From Nitrospinaceae bacterium (GTDB lineage: Bacteria > Nitrospinota > Nitrospinia > Nitrospinales > VA-1): DNA of 64,000 nt. This document shows, one piece after another, positions 39,257-49,725 of this stretch; positions within the stretch are counted from its first letter, which is position 1, and each line of letters starts with the position of its first letter. Location: NCBI GenBank assembly GCA_046754465.1, contig JBHHVU010000002.1, positions 32,001 through 96,000 of the forward strand, read 5' to 3'. The notes under the pieces are model-generated. The model saw nothing but the letters and a program-made list of their open reading frames with translations. It was not told where the DNA came from and made no database searches. The translations under genes were made by a program, and so were the position numbers.

Positions 39257-40885
39257 ATGCTATTTAGAAGGAGATATCCAGTCATGAAATTTTACGGCAA
39301 ATATATTGTGCCGGGGTTTATGCTTCTGGCTCTTTACGGATTTCAGTTGCCGTCCGCGAACGAATCCTCGGATAAGCCCAAGAGGCCGTTTTATGAATAT
39401 CCGGGAAATTACGGGGATGAAGTCCTGCAACTCGAGAAAAAATTCAAGAGCGAGTTCGGCTATGATTTGGTCGAATTTGGAGAAGCCTGGAGGCCCGATC
39501 AAATCAAACGGCTCCATGCCGCCTTCGCCGAACTCCCCCCGGCGTTTTTTCATTTGAAGCCGCTCAAGGCGTTATACCGTCTCAGCCGATTCGTGGCCGG
39601 ATCCGGCATGCCTTCCCCCGAGGAGGTTCCCGCGGCCACCTTGCCGAAATTTATGACGCTATACGATTTCAAGGAGCGGGCCTACAAGGTTTATGTGGGC
39701 AAGGGAGACCTTCGGGTCGAATTTTACAATCCCTTGTTCTATGAAAAAATGGAAAACTTGAAAAACATCATTCAGCATGAGATGGGCCACGGGTTTGATA
39801 TGGCCAAGGGATTGTTGAGTTTTTCACCGGAATGGATATCGATTTCCAAATTTCACATCATTCATTTGCCGGCGATGGATGGTAAACCCGACAGTGATTT
39901 TCTTTTTACCCTTCTGAATGACCCTGGCGTGGACAATTATGCGCCAATCGCTCTCCGGCATCTGCCGACCTATTCCCGGCAAAACATTCAGGAGGATTTT
40001 GCCAATTCGGTCACCGCTTACATGCATTACCCTTATTTCCGTTACACCCATCCCGCCCGCTACCGGTTCATGAAGGAACGGGTCTTCGCGGGAAAGGAGT
40101 ACTTTCCCGCAATCGGGGAGGCGGAGGGTTTCCGGGGAAAAGTCCTTGCCGATTTCAGGGAGGCCCTGGAAAAAAAAGAATGGGACCGGGTCCGGGGGAT
40201 TATCCTGGAAGTCAGCCGCGGCTATTATCCCGAAGTGGACGAGGAGATGGTTCTTGGGCTTCGGGAGGTTTTGGGAGGGGACCCCTCGCCGGAAAAGGAT
40301 TTGAAACTGGGTTTGGCCAGTTGTTTTCTTCTGGACCCGGGAGCGTTGGAATTGAGGCGGGATCTGGGCCGCCAGAAACGGGTGGAGATAAAAAAGTTTT
40401 TAAAGAACGAGCGCTGTTTCCGGGTGGGCAGGAGTAACTTTCAAAAAAACCTTGTGAAATGGGCTCCGCAAAATGTTTTCTTTTTCCGCGAAAAAGGACG
40501 CGATACCCTGCAATTCCTGGATCCTGTTCTGGGAGTGGCTCACGCCCGTGGATACAAGACCCAATATTCGTGGAAAATCTTCCTGCAGGGCGGCGAAACA
40601 CGGCCCCTGGCGCGGGGGAACCTTACCTTGACAGATGGAGGACCGGGTTCGGTAAAAGTGGATCTCAAAAAAAGCGCGGAAAAGGATTTCGTGCTGCCCC
40701 CGGGAAGGCCCCTGGTTCTGGAACTTGGAGCCAAGCGCATTCACTCCCGCCGGTTTAACATCTTTGATTCCGCCCCGGCACGGATCCACTTCGTAGTGCA
40801 GCCCTGGTTCAAGTACCAAGGACCCGATGAGCCCAGGATTCGGGTGATCTATCCCCTGGGCTCCTCCTATCAGCATCAGAATTAG
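39257..40885 (+). CDS. Hypothetical exported protein with a zincin HEXXH motif
   Basis: N-terminal hydrophobic segment; 'HEMGH' followed by 'YSRQNIQEDFANS'. Confidence 0.7.
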   Translation: MLFRRRYPVMKFYGKYIVPGFMLLALYGFQLPSANESSDKPKRPFYEYPGNYGDEVLQLEKKFKSEFGYDLVEFGEAWRPDQIKRLHAAFAELPPAFFHLKPLKALYRLSRFVAGSGMPSPEEVPAATLPKFMTLYDFKERAYKVYVGKGDLRVEFYNPLFYEKMENLKNIIQHEMGHGFDMAKGLLSFSPEWISISKFHIIHLPAMDGKPDSDFLFTLLNDPGVDNYAPIALRHLPTYSRQNIQEDFANSVTAYMHYPYFRYTHPARYRFMKERVFAGKEYFPAIGEAEGFRGKVLADFREALEKKEWDRVRGIILEVSRGYYPEVDEEMVLGLREVLGGDPSPEKDLKLGLASCFLLDPGALELRRDLGRQKRVEIKKFLKNERCFRVGRSNFQKNLVKWAPQNVFFFREKGRDTLQFLDPVLGVAHARGYKTQYSWKIFLQGGETRPLARGNLTLTDGGPGSVKVDLKKSAEKDFVLPPGRPLVLELGAKRIHSRRFNIFDSAPARIHFVVQPWFKYQGPDEPRIRVIYPLGSSYQHQN

Positions 40886-40888
40886 GGT

Positions 40889-41311
40889 TCAGTCGATCTT
40901 CCGAACCATCCGGTAGGCCATGTTGAGGTGAGCGTATTTGGAAGGCCATACTTTTTGTCCGTCCTCATACTGAATGACGAGGGCGGAGGAATCCTTTTCG
41001 GCGGTGGTCCAGGTGGTTCCAGCGCTTCCCGGTTCGAAAACCGGATCCAGGTAAATTTCATCGCCGTATTTGTCGGAATTGGTCTTGTCGAGTTCAAACA
41101 GACTCCAGGCCTCTTCTTCGGTGGGGTAGCGCCAGTTCTCGTACCCCGCGATCCGTTCCAGATTGGAGATTTCCACATAGTCCTGCCCCTTGAACCAGTT
41201 GAGCCATTTTTGGGTGTCCTGGAAAGAGTCGGTTTTCCTCCACATCACATTCATTTTAAAATCCGTGACGGTTCCGTCACCATTATCCTTGAATCGTTTT
41301 CCGTTCGACAT
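40889..41311 (-). CDS. DUF1566 (Lcl C-terminal-like) domain protein
   Basis: 'RFKDNGDGTVTD....MW' and 'AGYENWRYPT.EE'. Confidence 0.85.
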   Translation of the reverse strand: MSNGKRFKDNGDGTVTDFKMNVMWRKTDSFQDTQKWLNWFKGQDYVEISNLERIAGYENWRYPTEEEAWSLFELDKTNSDKYGDEIYLDPVFEPGSAGTTWTTAEKDSSALVIQYEDGQKVWPSKYAHLNMAYRMVRKID

Positions 41312-41320
41312 GATCGAGTC

Positions 41321-42754
41321 CTATTCCTCCCTGTAATGGTCGAATGCCAAAAGCTTAATTTCCGTCATCTCCTCCAGGCTGTACCTGATGCCTTCCCGGC
41401 CGAAACCGGAGTCCTTCACTCCGCCGTAAGGCATATTATCCACCCTGAAAGTAGGAACGTCGTTGATGATGACCCCCCCGACCTCCAATCGATTGAAAGC
41501 CTGCAGAGATTTATCCATCCGGGGGGTGAAAACGCCTGCCTGCAGCCCGTAGTCGGAGTTGTTGACGAGATCGAGGGCTTTCCTGAAATCGGAATACGGT
41601 TCGACGACGAGGATGGGACCGAACGCCTCATTACAGGCGAGATCGGCGTTGGCGGGCACTCCGGTCAGAACCGTGGGTTCAAAAAAAGCGCCATCCCGTT
41701 TTCCCCCCGTTAAAACCCGGCCGCCGCCTTCCACCGCCTGGCAAGTCCACGTTTCGATCCGTTTGGCGTTATCCACATCGATCATGGGGCCGAAGTTGAC
41801 GGTTTCGTCGAGAGGGTCGCCGGGTTGCAGCGTGTTCACTTCCTTGAGTAGCCGATCCATGAAGGGAGAAAAACGGGATTCGTGAACGTAACAGCGCTGG
41901 ACGGATATGCAAACCTGGCCGGAATAGGCGAAGGCGCCGGAGCAGATCTTTTTGGCGGCGAGGTCGAGATCAGCGTCGGGTTCGACGATCACCGCGGCAT
42001 TCCCGCCCAGTTCCAGGGTCACCTTCTTTTTTCCGGCCCGGCGCTTCATGTCCCAGCCCACGGCGACGCTGCCGGTGAAGCTGATCATTTTTATCCGCGG
42101 GTCCTCGACCAGGGGGGAAGCGACTTTTCCGCTGCAGGGAAGAACGCTGAAACTGCCTTCGACCGCTTCGGTTTCGAGGACCACTTCCGCGAGAAGCAGG
42201 GCGGTCAGGGGCGTGGCCGAGGCGGGCTTGATGATGATAGGATTCCCACAGGCCAGGGCCGGCGCGACTTTATGGGCGATCAGGTTCAGTGGAAAATTGA
42301 AGGGTGAGATGCCCGCCACCGGTCCGATGGGAAACCGCCAGGTGATCCCCGTTTTTCCCCGTGCGGATTCGGAAATATCCAGGGTCAAAACCTCGCCGTT
42401 GATGCGTAAAGCCTCTTCCGAGGCTATGGTGAATGTGGAAATGGACCGTTGAACCTCCCCCTGGGCCAATACTAGGGGCTTTCCCGATTCACGGGCAAGG
42501 GTTCGGGCGAATTCCTCGGACCGGGAGCGGATCCCCTCGGCGACCTGGGAACAGATTCGGCCGCGGAGATAGGCGGGCTGTTTTCGCGTGGTTTGAAATG
42601 CTTTTTCCGCCAGAACGATGGCCTTTTCGATCGCATCGCCATCCGCCAGGCAGACTTCCCCGAACACCTCCTGGGTATAAGGGTTCACCACCGGGAGGGT
42701 CCGGCTGCCTTGATGCCACGTGCCGCCAATCAGAAACTCGTATTTTTTCGTCAT
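41321..42754 (-). CDS. NAD(P)-dependent aldehyde dehydrogenase
   Basis: 'PFNFPLNL', 'FTGS', 'LELGGN', 'GQVCIS', 'EAFGP'. Confidence 0.95.
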   Translation of the reverse strand: MTKKYEFLIGGTWHQGSRTLPVVNPYTQEVFGEVCLADGDAIEKAIVLAEKAFQTTRKQPAYLRGRICSQVAEGIRSRSEEFARTLARESGKPLVLAQGEVQRSISTFTIASEEALRINGEVLTLDISESARGKTGITWRFPIGPVAGISPFNFPLNLIAHKVAPALACGNPIIIKPASATPLTALLLAEVVLETEAVEGSFSVLPCSGKVASPLVEDPRIKMISFTGSVAVGWDMKRRAGKKKVTLELGGNAAVIVEPDADLDLAAKKICSGAFAYSGQVCISVQRCYVHESRFSPFMDRLLKEVNTLQPGDPLDETVNFGPMIDVDNAKRIETWTCQAVEGGGRVLTGGKRDGAFFEPTVLTGVPANADLACNEAFGPILVVEPYSDFRKALDLVNNSDYGLQAGVFTPRMDKSLQAFNRLEVGGVIINDVPTFRVDNMPYGGVKDSGFGREGIRYSLEEMTEIKLLAFDHYREE

Positions 42755-42781
42755 TGTCCGGTTCCCATCCCTGGTTTGGAA

Positions 42782-43012
42782 TTACCACCCCTGTCCCTTG
42801 ACCCCGTAGGAGCGGCTGCCGGGTTTCCCTTTTTTCAGGTAATCTTCCAGGCTTTCCGTTCCCGGGCCGGGTTTGGATCCGGTGGATTCCGCGAGTTGAT
42901 TTTCCAAGGCCCGCGCCACGAATTCCTTCAGGGCTTTTTCATTACCCTTGAAATGATCGTGCAGGCGTTGGTAGAGTTTTTGGTCCAGTTCTATCGTGAA
43001 TTTCTTTTTCAT
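42782..43012 (-). CDS. Small hypothetical protein (ribbon-helix-helix-like N-terminus)
   Basis: 'KFTIELDQKLYQRL...EFVARAL' pattern; same strand as, and close to, both neighbours. Confidence 0.6.
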   Translation of the reverse strand: MKKKFTIELDQKLYQRLHDHFKGNEKALKEFVARALENQLAESTGSKPGPGTESLEDYLKKGKPGSRSYGVKGQGW

Positions 43013-43082
43013 GAAACGGTGATGGAAATCCAAGTCCGGTGGCCGGGGATCGTATCCTGGGAATAAATTATTCTAAACCAAA

Positions 43083-45443
43083 TCAGGGCAGATGCAAAGA
43101 CTGAGAAGGTTTCGAGGTGGATTTTCGAAACGGCGAAGCGGCATCTTCCTCCAGGGCAGGGGATTTTGAAGGCGCCTCCACCCAGCTCGCGGGTGAATGA
43201 GGGAGTTCGATCACAAAAAGGGTGCCCTTGGGGAGGTTCTCCAGAACTTGGATGGTTCCGTTATGGTCGACGATGATGCGGTTAACAATGGCCAGCCCCA
43301 ACCCGGTGCCCCGCTTTTTTGTGGTGAAATGGGGAAGAAACAATTTTTTTAGATCCTGTCCGGCGATCCCGACTCCATTGTCGGCAAATTCGATCCGCAC
43401 GCGTTTTTCCTTGGAGTTCAACTGCGTCGTGATTTGGATCTGCCCCCCATCGTCCACCGCGTCGATCGCGTTTTCGAAGAGGTTGATAAACACCCGCCGG
43501 ATTTGTTCGGAATCCACGTTCATCAGGTAAATGTTCGGATCGTAATTTTTCCTGAGCGTGATTTTTTTCTCGTGGTTGGAATACAGGATCGAGACGTCGT
43601 CGATGATTTTGTGCAACGGGGTGGGTTTGGGGTTGGGCGTGGGCATGCGGGAAAAACGCAGGAACTCGTTGAGCAGGTCCTTCATCCCCGCGACCTCCTG
43701 GGAGATGATCTCGATGCTTTCCTCGAAAATACGGGCGAAATCCTTTTTGTTTTCGTAAAACTTCTTTCGCAGCCGCTGGGTATTGAGTTGAATTGGGGTG
43801 AGTGGATTCTTGATTTCATGGGCAATCCCCTGGGCCACTTCCTTCCAGGCGGCGATTTTCTGGGTTTTGATCATCTGGGTCAGGTCTTCAAAAACGATTA
43901 CCAGGCCGAGATACTTGTCACGGGTGTCCTTTAAAACCTGGATGTTCACCAAAAGGGTCAGGTTGCTTTCTCCCACCCGAATGTCCATTTGCTCCTCCAG
44001 GGACCCTTTCCGTTTTTCGCTCATCCGGAGGATCATCTTGCGGATGGGGTTGTGAAAGGAAGGATCGAAAGCGTCCTTGTAACTGGAACTGAAGACCTGT
44101 GCCGCGTTGATGCCGAGTATTTTTTCTGCGGCTTTGTTGAAGGTGGTGACACGCCCCTTTTTATCGACGGAAACCACCCCCGCGCCAATATGGACAAGGA
44201 TCGTCTCGATGTAATTCCGTCTGCGTTCGAGCTCGATATTGGTGGTCTTCAGGTCTTCGTGAGCGTGTTGAATGCGCCGTTGGCTTTCCTTCAATTCGGC
44301 GGTCATCTTGTTGAAGGATTGCACGAGGATGCCGATTTCGTCGCTCGCCCCCACTCTGATTTTAAAATCCAGGTCCCCTTCCGCGATTCTGCGGGTTCCT
44401 TCCGCGAGTTCCTGGATCGGAACGGTGATTCCCTTGGCCATGTAAATGCCCAGCCAGATGGCGGAAAACAGAATCAGCAGGGTGATCATGAGAAAGGTGA
44501 TGTAATAACTGGCCGTCACCGGAAATTTTAAAAAACTTTGCTGTTTATAATCCTCGTAGGAGCTTTGGATGGCTTCGATTCTTCCCAGCGAATCCTGGGG
44601 AATGAGGCTTAAATTCACAATATAGCCCCAGACGATCATCTTGTCTTCCAAGGGTTCCGTGAGCGGTTCCACCGCCACCAGAAATATGTTCCGGTTGGAT
44701 GCCCGAATTTCCGAAACCCCTTCGCCCTCGACCGTTTTCTGGAGCAAATCCTGGTAATCCAGGTGGATCCCCTTGAGTTCCAGGGTTTTGTTGTATGCGG
44801 AGGTCACCTTCTTCCGTTGATTGTCGTAAATGATCAATCCGCCCAATCCATATTCATCGACCTTTTGCCGGACCAGTGCCTGAAGTTGTTTCCGGTTCTT
44901 TTGCAGGAACAAATTGTCTTTGGTAATGAACCCTTCGATTTTTTTCGTTTGTAAAAGCGCGGCCTGCTCCAGATGGGAATAGTAATCCCGCGCCACATCC
45001 ATCGACCGTTGCAGGGTTTGCTCCACCTGGAGGTTGAACCAGCTCCCGATACTATAGGTGAACAATTTGCTCGCGGTCGTAAAAAGTAGGATCGAAGGGA
45101 CCATGACGAGGATCAGGAAAGCCATGATGAGCTTGGTCTGAAACTTGGACCCGATGATCCGGCTCTTGCGCTCGTTGTAAAGTTTGACCAGATTCCTGGT
45201 GATGAGGACGATTAGGATAAAAAGCAGGATCAGGATGATGTTGAACAGCGCGAGGACCGCGATATTGTTCGCGATGGGAGCGGAGGTTTTCTGTTGCAGG
45301 AAATAGTTTTCGATGGTGGTCAGGCTGACCAGCGAAACGAAAATGGCAGCAATGGTCCACCGGGCGCGCCGCCTTTTTCTTCGGTTCTGTTCTTCGGAGG
45401 GCAGGGGGGTCCGCGGTCTACTGATTGAAGGATCGGATGACAT
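43083..45443 (-). CDS. ntrY: NtrY-like HAMP/PAS sensor histidine kinase
   Basis: H-box 'AHEIKNPLTPIQL', N/G boxes 'NLFENA' and 'GTGLGL'; HAMP and PAS domains; DUF4390 gene upstream. Confidence 0.85.
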   Translation of the reverse strand: MSSDPSISRPRTPLPSEEQNRRKRRRARWTIAAIFVSLVSLTTIENYFLQQKTSAPIANNIAVLALFNIILILLFILIVLITRNLVKLYNERKSRIIGSKFQTKLIMAFLILVMVPSILLFTTASKLFTYSIGSWFNLQVEQTLQRSMDVARDYYSHLEQAALLQTKKIEGFITKDNLFLQKNRKQLQALVRQKVDEYGLGGLIIYDNQRKKVTSAYNKTLELKGIHLDYQDLLQKTVEGEGVSEIRASNRNIFLVAVEPLTEPLEDKMIVWGYIVNLSLIPQDSLGRIEAIQSSYEDYKQQSFLKFPVTASYYITFLMITLLILFSAIWLGIYMAKGITVPIQELAEGTRRIAEGDLDFKIRVGASDEIGILVQSFNKMTAELKESQRRIQHAHEDLKTTNIELERRRNYIETILVHIGAGVVSVDKKGRVTTFNKAAEKILGINAAQVFSSSYKDAFDPSFHNPIRKMILRMSEKRKGSLEEQMDIRVGESNLTLLVNIQVLKDTRDKYLGLVIVFEDLTQMIKTQKIAAWKEVAQGIAHEIKNPLTPIQLNTQRLRKKFYENKKDFARIFEESIEIISQEVAGMKDLLNEFLRFSRMPTPNPKPTPLHKIIDDVSILYSNHEKKITLRKNYDPNIYLMNVDSEQIRRVFINLFENAIDAVDDGGQIQITTQLNSKEKRVRIEFADNGVGIAGQDLKKLFLPHFTTKKRGTGLGLAIVNRIIVDHNGTIQVLENLPKGTLFVIELPHSPASWVEAPSKSPALEEDAASPFRKSTSKPSQSLHLP

Positions 45444-46122
45444 GATTCAACCCCTTCGGGTTCTTACCCTTTTTTGACGGGGAGGGGGTATGAGACGCTT
45501 CCTTCAAGACCAGGGCCGGATCGATGCTGATGGCGGAGGTTTGTGCCCAGGTGGTTTCAAAATCATTAAAGGGAACGAAGAAAAAAAGATAATTGAAAGG
45601 AAACCAGAACCTGTCCATTTCAAGGTCCGCCTTGACCCGGACGTAGTATTTTTCATTCGGGTCCAACCGGTATATGGGCGTGATCGGAATATTTTGCAGT
45701 GTGAACATCAATTTTTGCAGGCGGTCTTTTTTCCGGGTAATGATTTTCCTTTTTACATTTTTCCCAACCTCGGAAAACTTGTAGATTTTTTTCAGGGAAT
45801 CGTACTGAACGGTGTGACTCACGGTGTTGGACCGGATCAGGGAATCGGCCCAAAGGGAAACCTGTTGGCGCAATTCAATGTGGAAGGTGAAGGTCATGGG
45901 AACGCCGCTGTCGATGGCTTCCTGAATTTTTCCGGAAAAACCATCGGTGAGAATGGCATTCATCGTCACATAGTTTCCCTGGGTGGCTACCCCCACGTTG
46001 ACCATTTCGGGAGACGCCGCCACCGCGGGCTGAACCCACGCCGACCAAGACAACAAAACTCCCGTCAGGATGCCCGTTAACCTCTTACCCCAAGGAATTT
46101 TCAGTACAGCCAAAAGGTCCAA
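45418..46122 (-). CDS. DUF4390-like periplasmic protein
   Basis: 'AIDSGVPMTFTFHIEL', 'W AD...VQYDSLKKIY'; typical position upstream of ntrY. Start uncertain. Confidence 0.75.
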   Translation of the reverse strand: MDLLAVLKIPWGKRLTGILTGVLLSWSAWVQPAVAASPEMVNVGVATQGNYVTMNAILTDGFSGKIQEAIDSGVPMTFTFHIELRQQVSLWADSLIRSNTVSHTVQYDSLKKIYKFSEVGKNVKRKIITRKKDRLQKLMFTLQNIPITPIYRLDPNEKYYVRVKADLEMDRFWFPFNYLFFFVPFNDFETTWAQTSAISIDPALVLKEASHTPSPSKKGKNPKGLNHVIRSFNQ

Positions 46123-46524
46123 TCAGCCTCTCCTCCGGTTAGAAACCAGGTTGATTACCTTACCTGAGTTTTTTAAAAAAATTCAGATTATCTTCTTTGG
46201 TTTTGCCTTGTCCAGAAACCGGACGGTTCTTTTCCTTCTTCTTTCCTGCTCCCTGCTCCGGGCAGGGAGACCCTCTTTCCTTCAAACCATACATCATTTC
46301 TCCGGTGATGTAAAGTCAATAAATATTGGGGGTTAGAAGAATAGTCCCCATCCCGGACGCCTCATTCGCGAGAAAGCAAAATTCTCCGTGTTCGAATCCC
46401 AAGAGGGTTGAAAAAATAGACCGGAATGGATTTTTCGGATTACCAAAAAGTTTTCGGAACAGCAATATGCCTGGAGCCCTGGAAAATCCATTCTTGGGAA
46501 AATGTTATCCGGAAAATTTCATGT

Positions 46525-49188
46525 TTACGGTTTCTCACGATTTTTCAGAGCTCTGAGTTCGTAAAGCAAATCCAGGGCCTGCCGGGGCGTCAGGTCGTCA
46601 GGGTTGACGGAATCCAGTTTTTGGAAGAGGGGATGGCTTTCTTCGTGGAAGATCGTCATCTGCCGGGGGCCTTTGTCCTCGCGGGGTTCCTCGGACCGGG
46701 AAATTTTCGGGACCCCCACCTCATCGAATTCGCTTTTTTCCAGGTTGCCCAGGACTTCCCGGGCGCGGTTCAGAACTTTTTCCGGCAACCCGGCCAGCCG
46801 GGCCACCTGGATGCCATAGCTTTTATCCGCGCCGCCGGGGGCGATTTTCCGCAAAAAGATGATTTCATCGTTCCATTCCTTCACCTGAACATTGTAGTTT
46901 TTGACTCTCGGGAGGACCAGGGCCAAATCGGTCAGCTCGTGGTAATGAGTGGCGAAGAGGGTTTTGGGTCCTCCTTTTTCCCAATGGTTTCCGTGCAGGT
47001 ATTCCACGATGGACCAGGCGATGCTGATTCCGTCGAAGGTACTGGTTCCCCTGCCAATTTCGTCCAGGATGATCAGGCTGCGGGAGGTCGCGTTGTTGAG
47101 GATATTGGCGGTTTCATACATTTCCACCATGAACGTCGACTGCCCCTTCAGAAGGTGATCCTGGGCGCCCACGCGTGAAAATATCCGGTCGACCAGCCCG
47201 ATCTCCGCCTCACCCGCGGGAACAAAACTGCCGATCTGGGCCATCAGGGTGATGAGGGCCACCTGCCGGAGATAGGTGGACTTGCCCGCCATGTTGGGTC
47301 CGGTGAGGATCGTGATCTGCTGATCCTCCGTGTCCAGCAGGGTGTCGTTGGGGATGAACGGGTTCGATGGATCGATCCTTTCAATGAGCGGGTGGCGGCC
47401 GTCTTCAATGCGGAGGAGGGTGTCGCCGGTGATCGTGGGCCGGCAGTAATTGTACCGGTGGGCGGTTTCGGCCAGGGCCGTCAGGGCATCAATCTCGCTG
47501 ATGATCCGGGCCATGTGCTGGATGCGCCGCCCCTCGGCGGCCACCTGTTCACGGACCTCCTGGAAAAGCTTCCATTCCAGTTCCGTTATTTTCTCCTGGG
47601 CGCCGGTGATTTGGGTTTCATATTCCTTCAGTTCGGGGGAGATGAACCGCTCGGCGTTGACCAGGGACTGTTTGCGGATGTATTCCCTCGGAACCCGGTC
47701 CAGGTGCTTTTTAGTGATTTCAAGGTAGTATCCGTAGATTTTGTTGAAGCCGACTTTCAGGACGGGGATGCGGGTGCGTTCCTTTTCACGGGTTTCCAGG
47801 GCGGCGATCCAGTTTTTTCCGTCGCGGCTGATCGATTTCAACCGGTCCAGTTCCTCATCGCGGCCCGGCTTGATCAGGTTGCCGTCCTTGAGGTTCAGGG
47901 GCGGGTCTTCCACGAGCGTCCGACCGATGAGGGAGACCACCTCTTCCAGGTTGTCCCAGGATGCGATGATTTTCGAGAGGGTTTCCGACGGGCATTGTTC
48001 GATCTCCCGAAGGATTTCGGGAAAGGTTTGCAGCGAACGTTTTAGCATGATCAAATCGCGCGGTCCGCAGGCGGAAAGGGCGATGCGGCCCACGAGCCGC
48101 TCCAGATCGTGAATGTGCCGCAATCGCTCGCGGAGCTGTTTACGGAGAAACAGGTTTTCCTTGAAAATCTCCACCCGTTGCAGCCGCTCCTCGAGAGCCT
48201 GGAGGTCCACCAGGGGTTTCAGAATCCATTCGTGGATTCTGCGCGCCCCCATGGGCGTCCGTGACAGGTCCAATAGATCCAGGAGCGAGTTTTTGCGGGC
48301 GCCCTCGCTCGACCGAACCAGTTCCAGGCTTTTGACGGTGGTCTGGTCGAGAAGCATGTAATTATGAATATGGAAGGTGGTGATCGAATTGATGTGCCTG
48401 AGAGAGGATTTCTGGGTCGTGTGCAGGTAATGAATCAGTGCGCCGGCGGCGGACACGGCGTATTTCAGGTCCTCGCATCCAAACCCTTCCAGCGACCGGG
48501 TTTTAAAATGGTCCAATAATTGGCGGTACGCTTCCCCCTGTGAAAAAATCCAGTCCTCCAGGCTGTGGAGATAGTATTGGCCGGGGTTCCAGGGCGGTTC
48601 CTTGCCGCCATGTTCCTGGGAGAACGATTCCGGAACCAGGATTTCCTTCGGATCGATTTTTTCTAATTCGTCCGCCAGCAGCGATTCGGCGTTCTTCCCG
48701 TGAATTTCGGTCACCTTGAAGAGTCCCGTGGAAACGTCCAGCGCCGCAAGGCCCAGTCCCTGCCGCCCAAAATACATGGACACCAGGAAATGGTTGGTTT
48801 TGGGGTCGAGCATGGCGTCGTCGAGAACGGTCCCGGGCGTGACGACGCGGACGATCTCCCTTTTGACCAGGCCCTTGGCCATTTGTGGATCTTCCGTTTG
48901 CTCGCAGATGGCGACCTTTTTCCCGGCTTTGATCAACCGGGTGATATAGGCGTTGGCGGAATGGAATGGAATGCCGCACATGGGGATGGAGTTGGTTTTG
49001 CTGCGGGAGGTGAGGGCGATTTCCAGGATGCGGGAGGCGACTTTGGCGTCTTCATGGAACATCTCGTAAAAATCGCCCATGCGGAAAAACAGGATGGCGT
49101 CGGAGCATTCCCGTTTGATGCGATGATATTGCCGCATCATCGGCGTTTCCTGCTCCACGGGACGGTTGGTCTGGGAACCCGGTTCCAT
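46525..49188 (-). CDS. mutS: DNA mismatch repair protein MutS
   Basis: 'TPMMRQY', 'FRMGDFYEMF', 'TGPNMAGKST', 'DEIGRGT', 'ATHYHEL'. Confidence 0.98.
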   Translation of the reverse strand: MEPGSQTNRPVEQETPMMRQYHRIKRECSDAILFFRMGDFYEMFHEDAKVASRILEIALTSRSKTNSIPMCGIPFHSANAYITRLIKAGKKVAICEQTEDPQMAKGLVKREIVRVVTPGTVLDDAMLDPKTNHFLVSMYFGRQGLGLAALDVSTGLFKVTEIHGKNAESLLADELEKIDPKEILVPESFSQEHGGKEPPWNPGQYYLHSLEDWIFSQGEAYRQLLDHFKTRSLEGFGCEDLKYAVSAAGALIHYLHTTQKSSLRHINSITTFHIHNYMLLDQTTVKSLELVRSSEGARKNSLLDLLDLSRTPMGARRIHEWILKPLVDLQALEERLQRVEIFKENLFLRKQLRERLRHIHDLERLVGRIALSACGPRDLIMLKRSLQTFPEILREIEQCPSETLSKIIASWDNLEEVVSLIGRTLVEDPPLNLKDGNLIKPGRDEELDRLKSISRDGKNWIAALETREKERTRIPVLKVGFNKIYGYYLEITKKHLDRVPREYIRKQSLVNAERFISPELKEYETQITGAQEKITELEWKLFQEVREQVAAEGRRIQHMARIISEIDALTALAETAHRYNYCRPTITGDTLLRIEDGRHPLIERIDPSNPFIPNDTLLDTEDQQITILTGPNMAGKSTYLRQVALITLMAQIGSFVPAGEAEIGLVDRIFSRVGAQDHLLKGQSTFMVEMYETANILNNATSRSLIILDEIGRGTSTFDGISIAWSIVEYLHGNHWEKGGPKTLFATHYHELTDLALVLPRVKNYNVQVKEWNDEIIFLRKIAPGGADKSYGIQVARLAGLPEKVLNRAREVLGNLEKSEFDEVGVPKISRSEEPREDKGPRQMTIFHEESHPLFQKLDSVNPDDLTPRQALDLLYELRALKNREKP

Positions 49189-49199
49189 CGGTGCTTTGG

Positions 49200-49688
49200 C
49201 TATAAAAGGATTTGTTGGAAATGCGGTGCCATTTTTTCGTAAGTGGCCCGGAGGTGTTCGGGGTGGATTTTGGTGTCGGCGAGGACCGGCATGTAATTGG
49301 TGTCACCGGTCCACCGGGGAACGATATGGACATGAATATGCTCATCGAATCCCGCGCCTCCGGCCTTACCCAGGTTGATGCCAATGTTGAATCCCTCGGG
49401 GGCGGTCACGGTCCTCAGAATTTCCACGCATTTTCGTGTCAGGTGGTTCATTTCCGCGCACTCTTCCTCGTCCAGCAAGGTGAGGCAGGAAAGGTGCCTG
49501 TAAGGGGAGATCATCACGTGACCGGTGTTGTATGGAAAAATATTCATGATGATAAAACAGCGGGGTCCCTTGAACAGGATGAAATTTTTCTCGTCGTCGC
49601 CAGCCCGGGGCAGGGTGCAGAAGATGCATTCCCCGGACTTGTCCCCCTGAATGTATTCCATCCGCCAGGGCGCCCAGATTTGTTTCAT
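49200..49688 (-). CDS. HIT-family hydrolase (Ap4A phosphorylase-like)
   Basis: 'WAPWRMEYI' and 'HIHVHIVPRW'. Confidence 0.92.
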   Translation of the reverse strand: MKQIWAPWRMEYIQGDKSGECIFCTLPRAGDDEKNFILFKGPRCFIIMNIFPYNTGHVMISPYRHLSCLTLLDEEECAEMNHLTRKCVEILRTVTAPEGFNIGINLGKAGGAGFDEHIHVHIVPRWTGDTNYMPVLADTKIHPEHLRATYEKMAPHFQQILL

Positions 49689-49725
49689 GGCTATACGTTG
49701 AGTGGGTATTTGAAAAAATTACAAG

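Noticed and set aside
46160..46297. 45-codon minus-strand ORF upstream of the DUF4390 gene
   Set aside because: Low-complexity purine-rich sequence with no motif; probably promoter or leader DNA.
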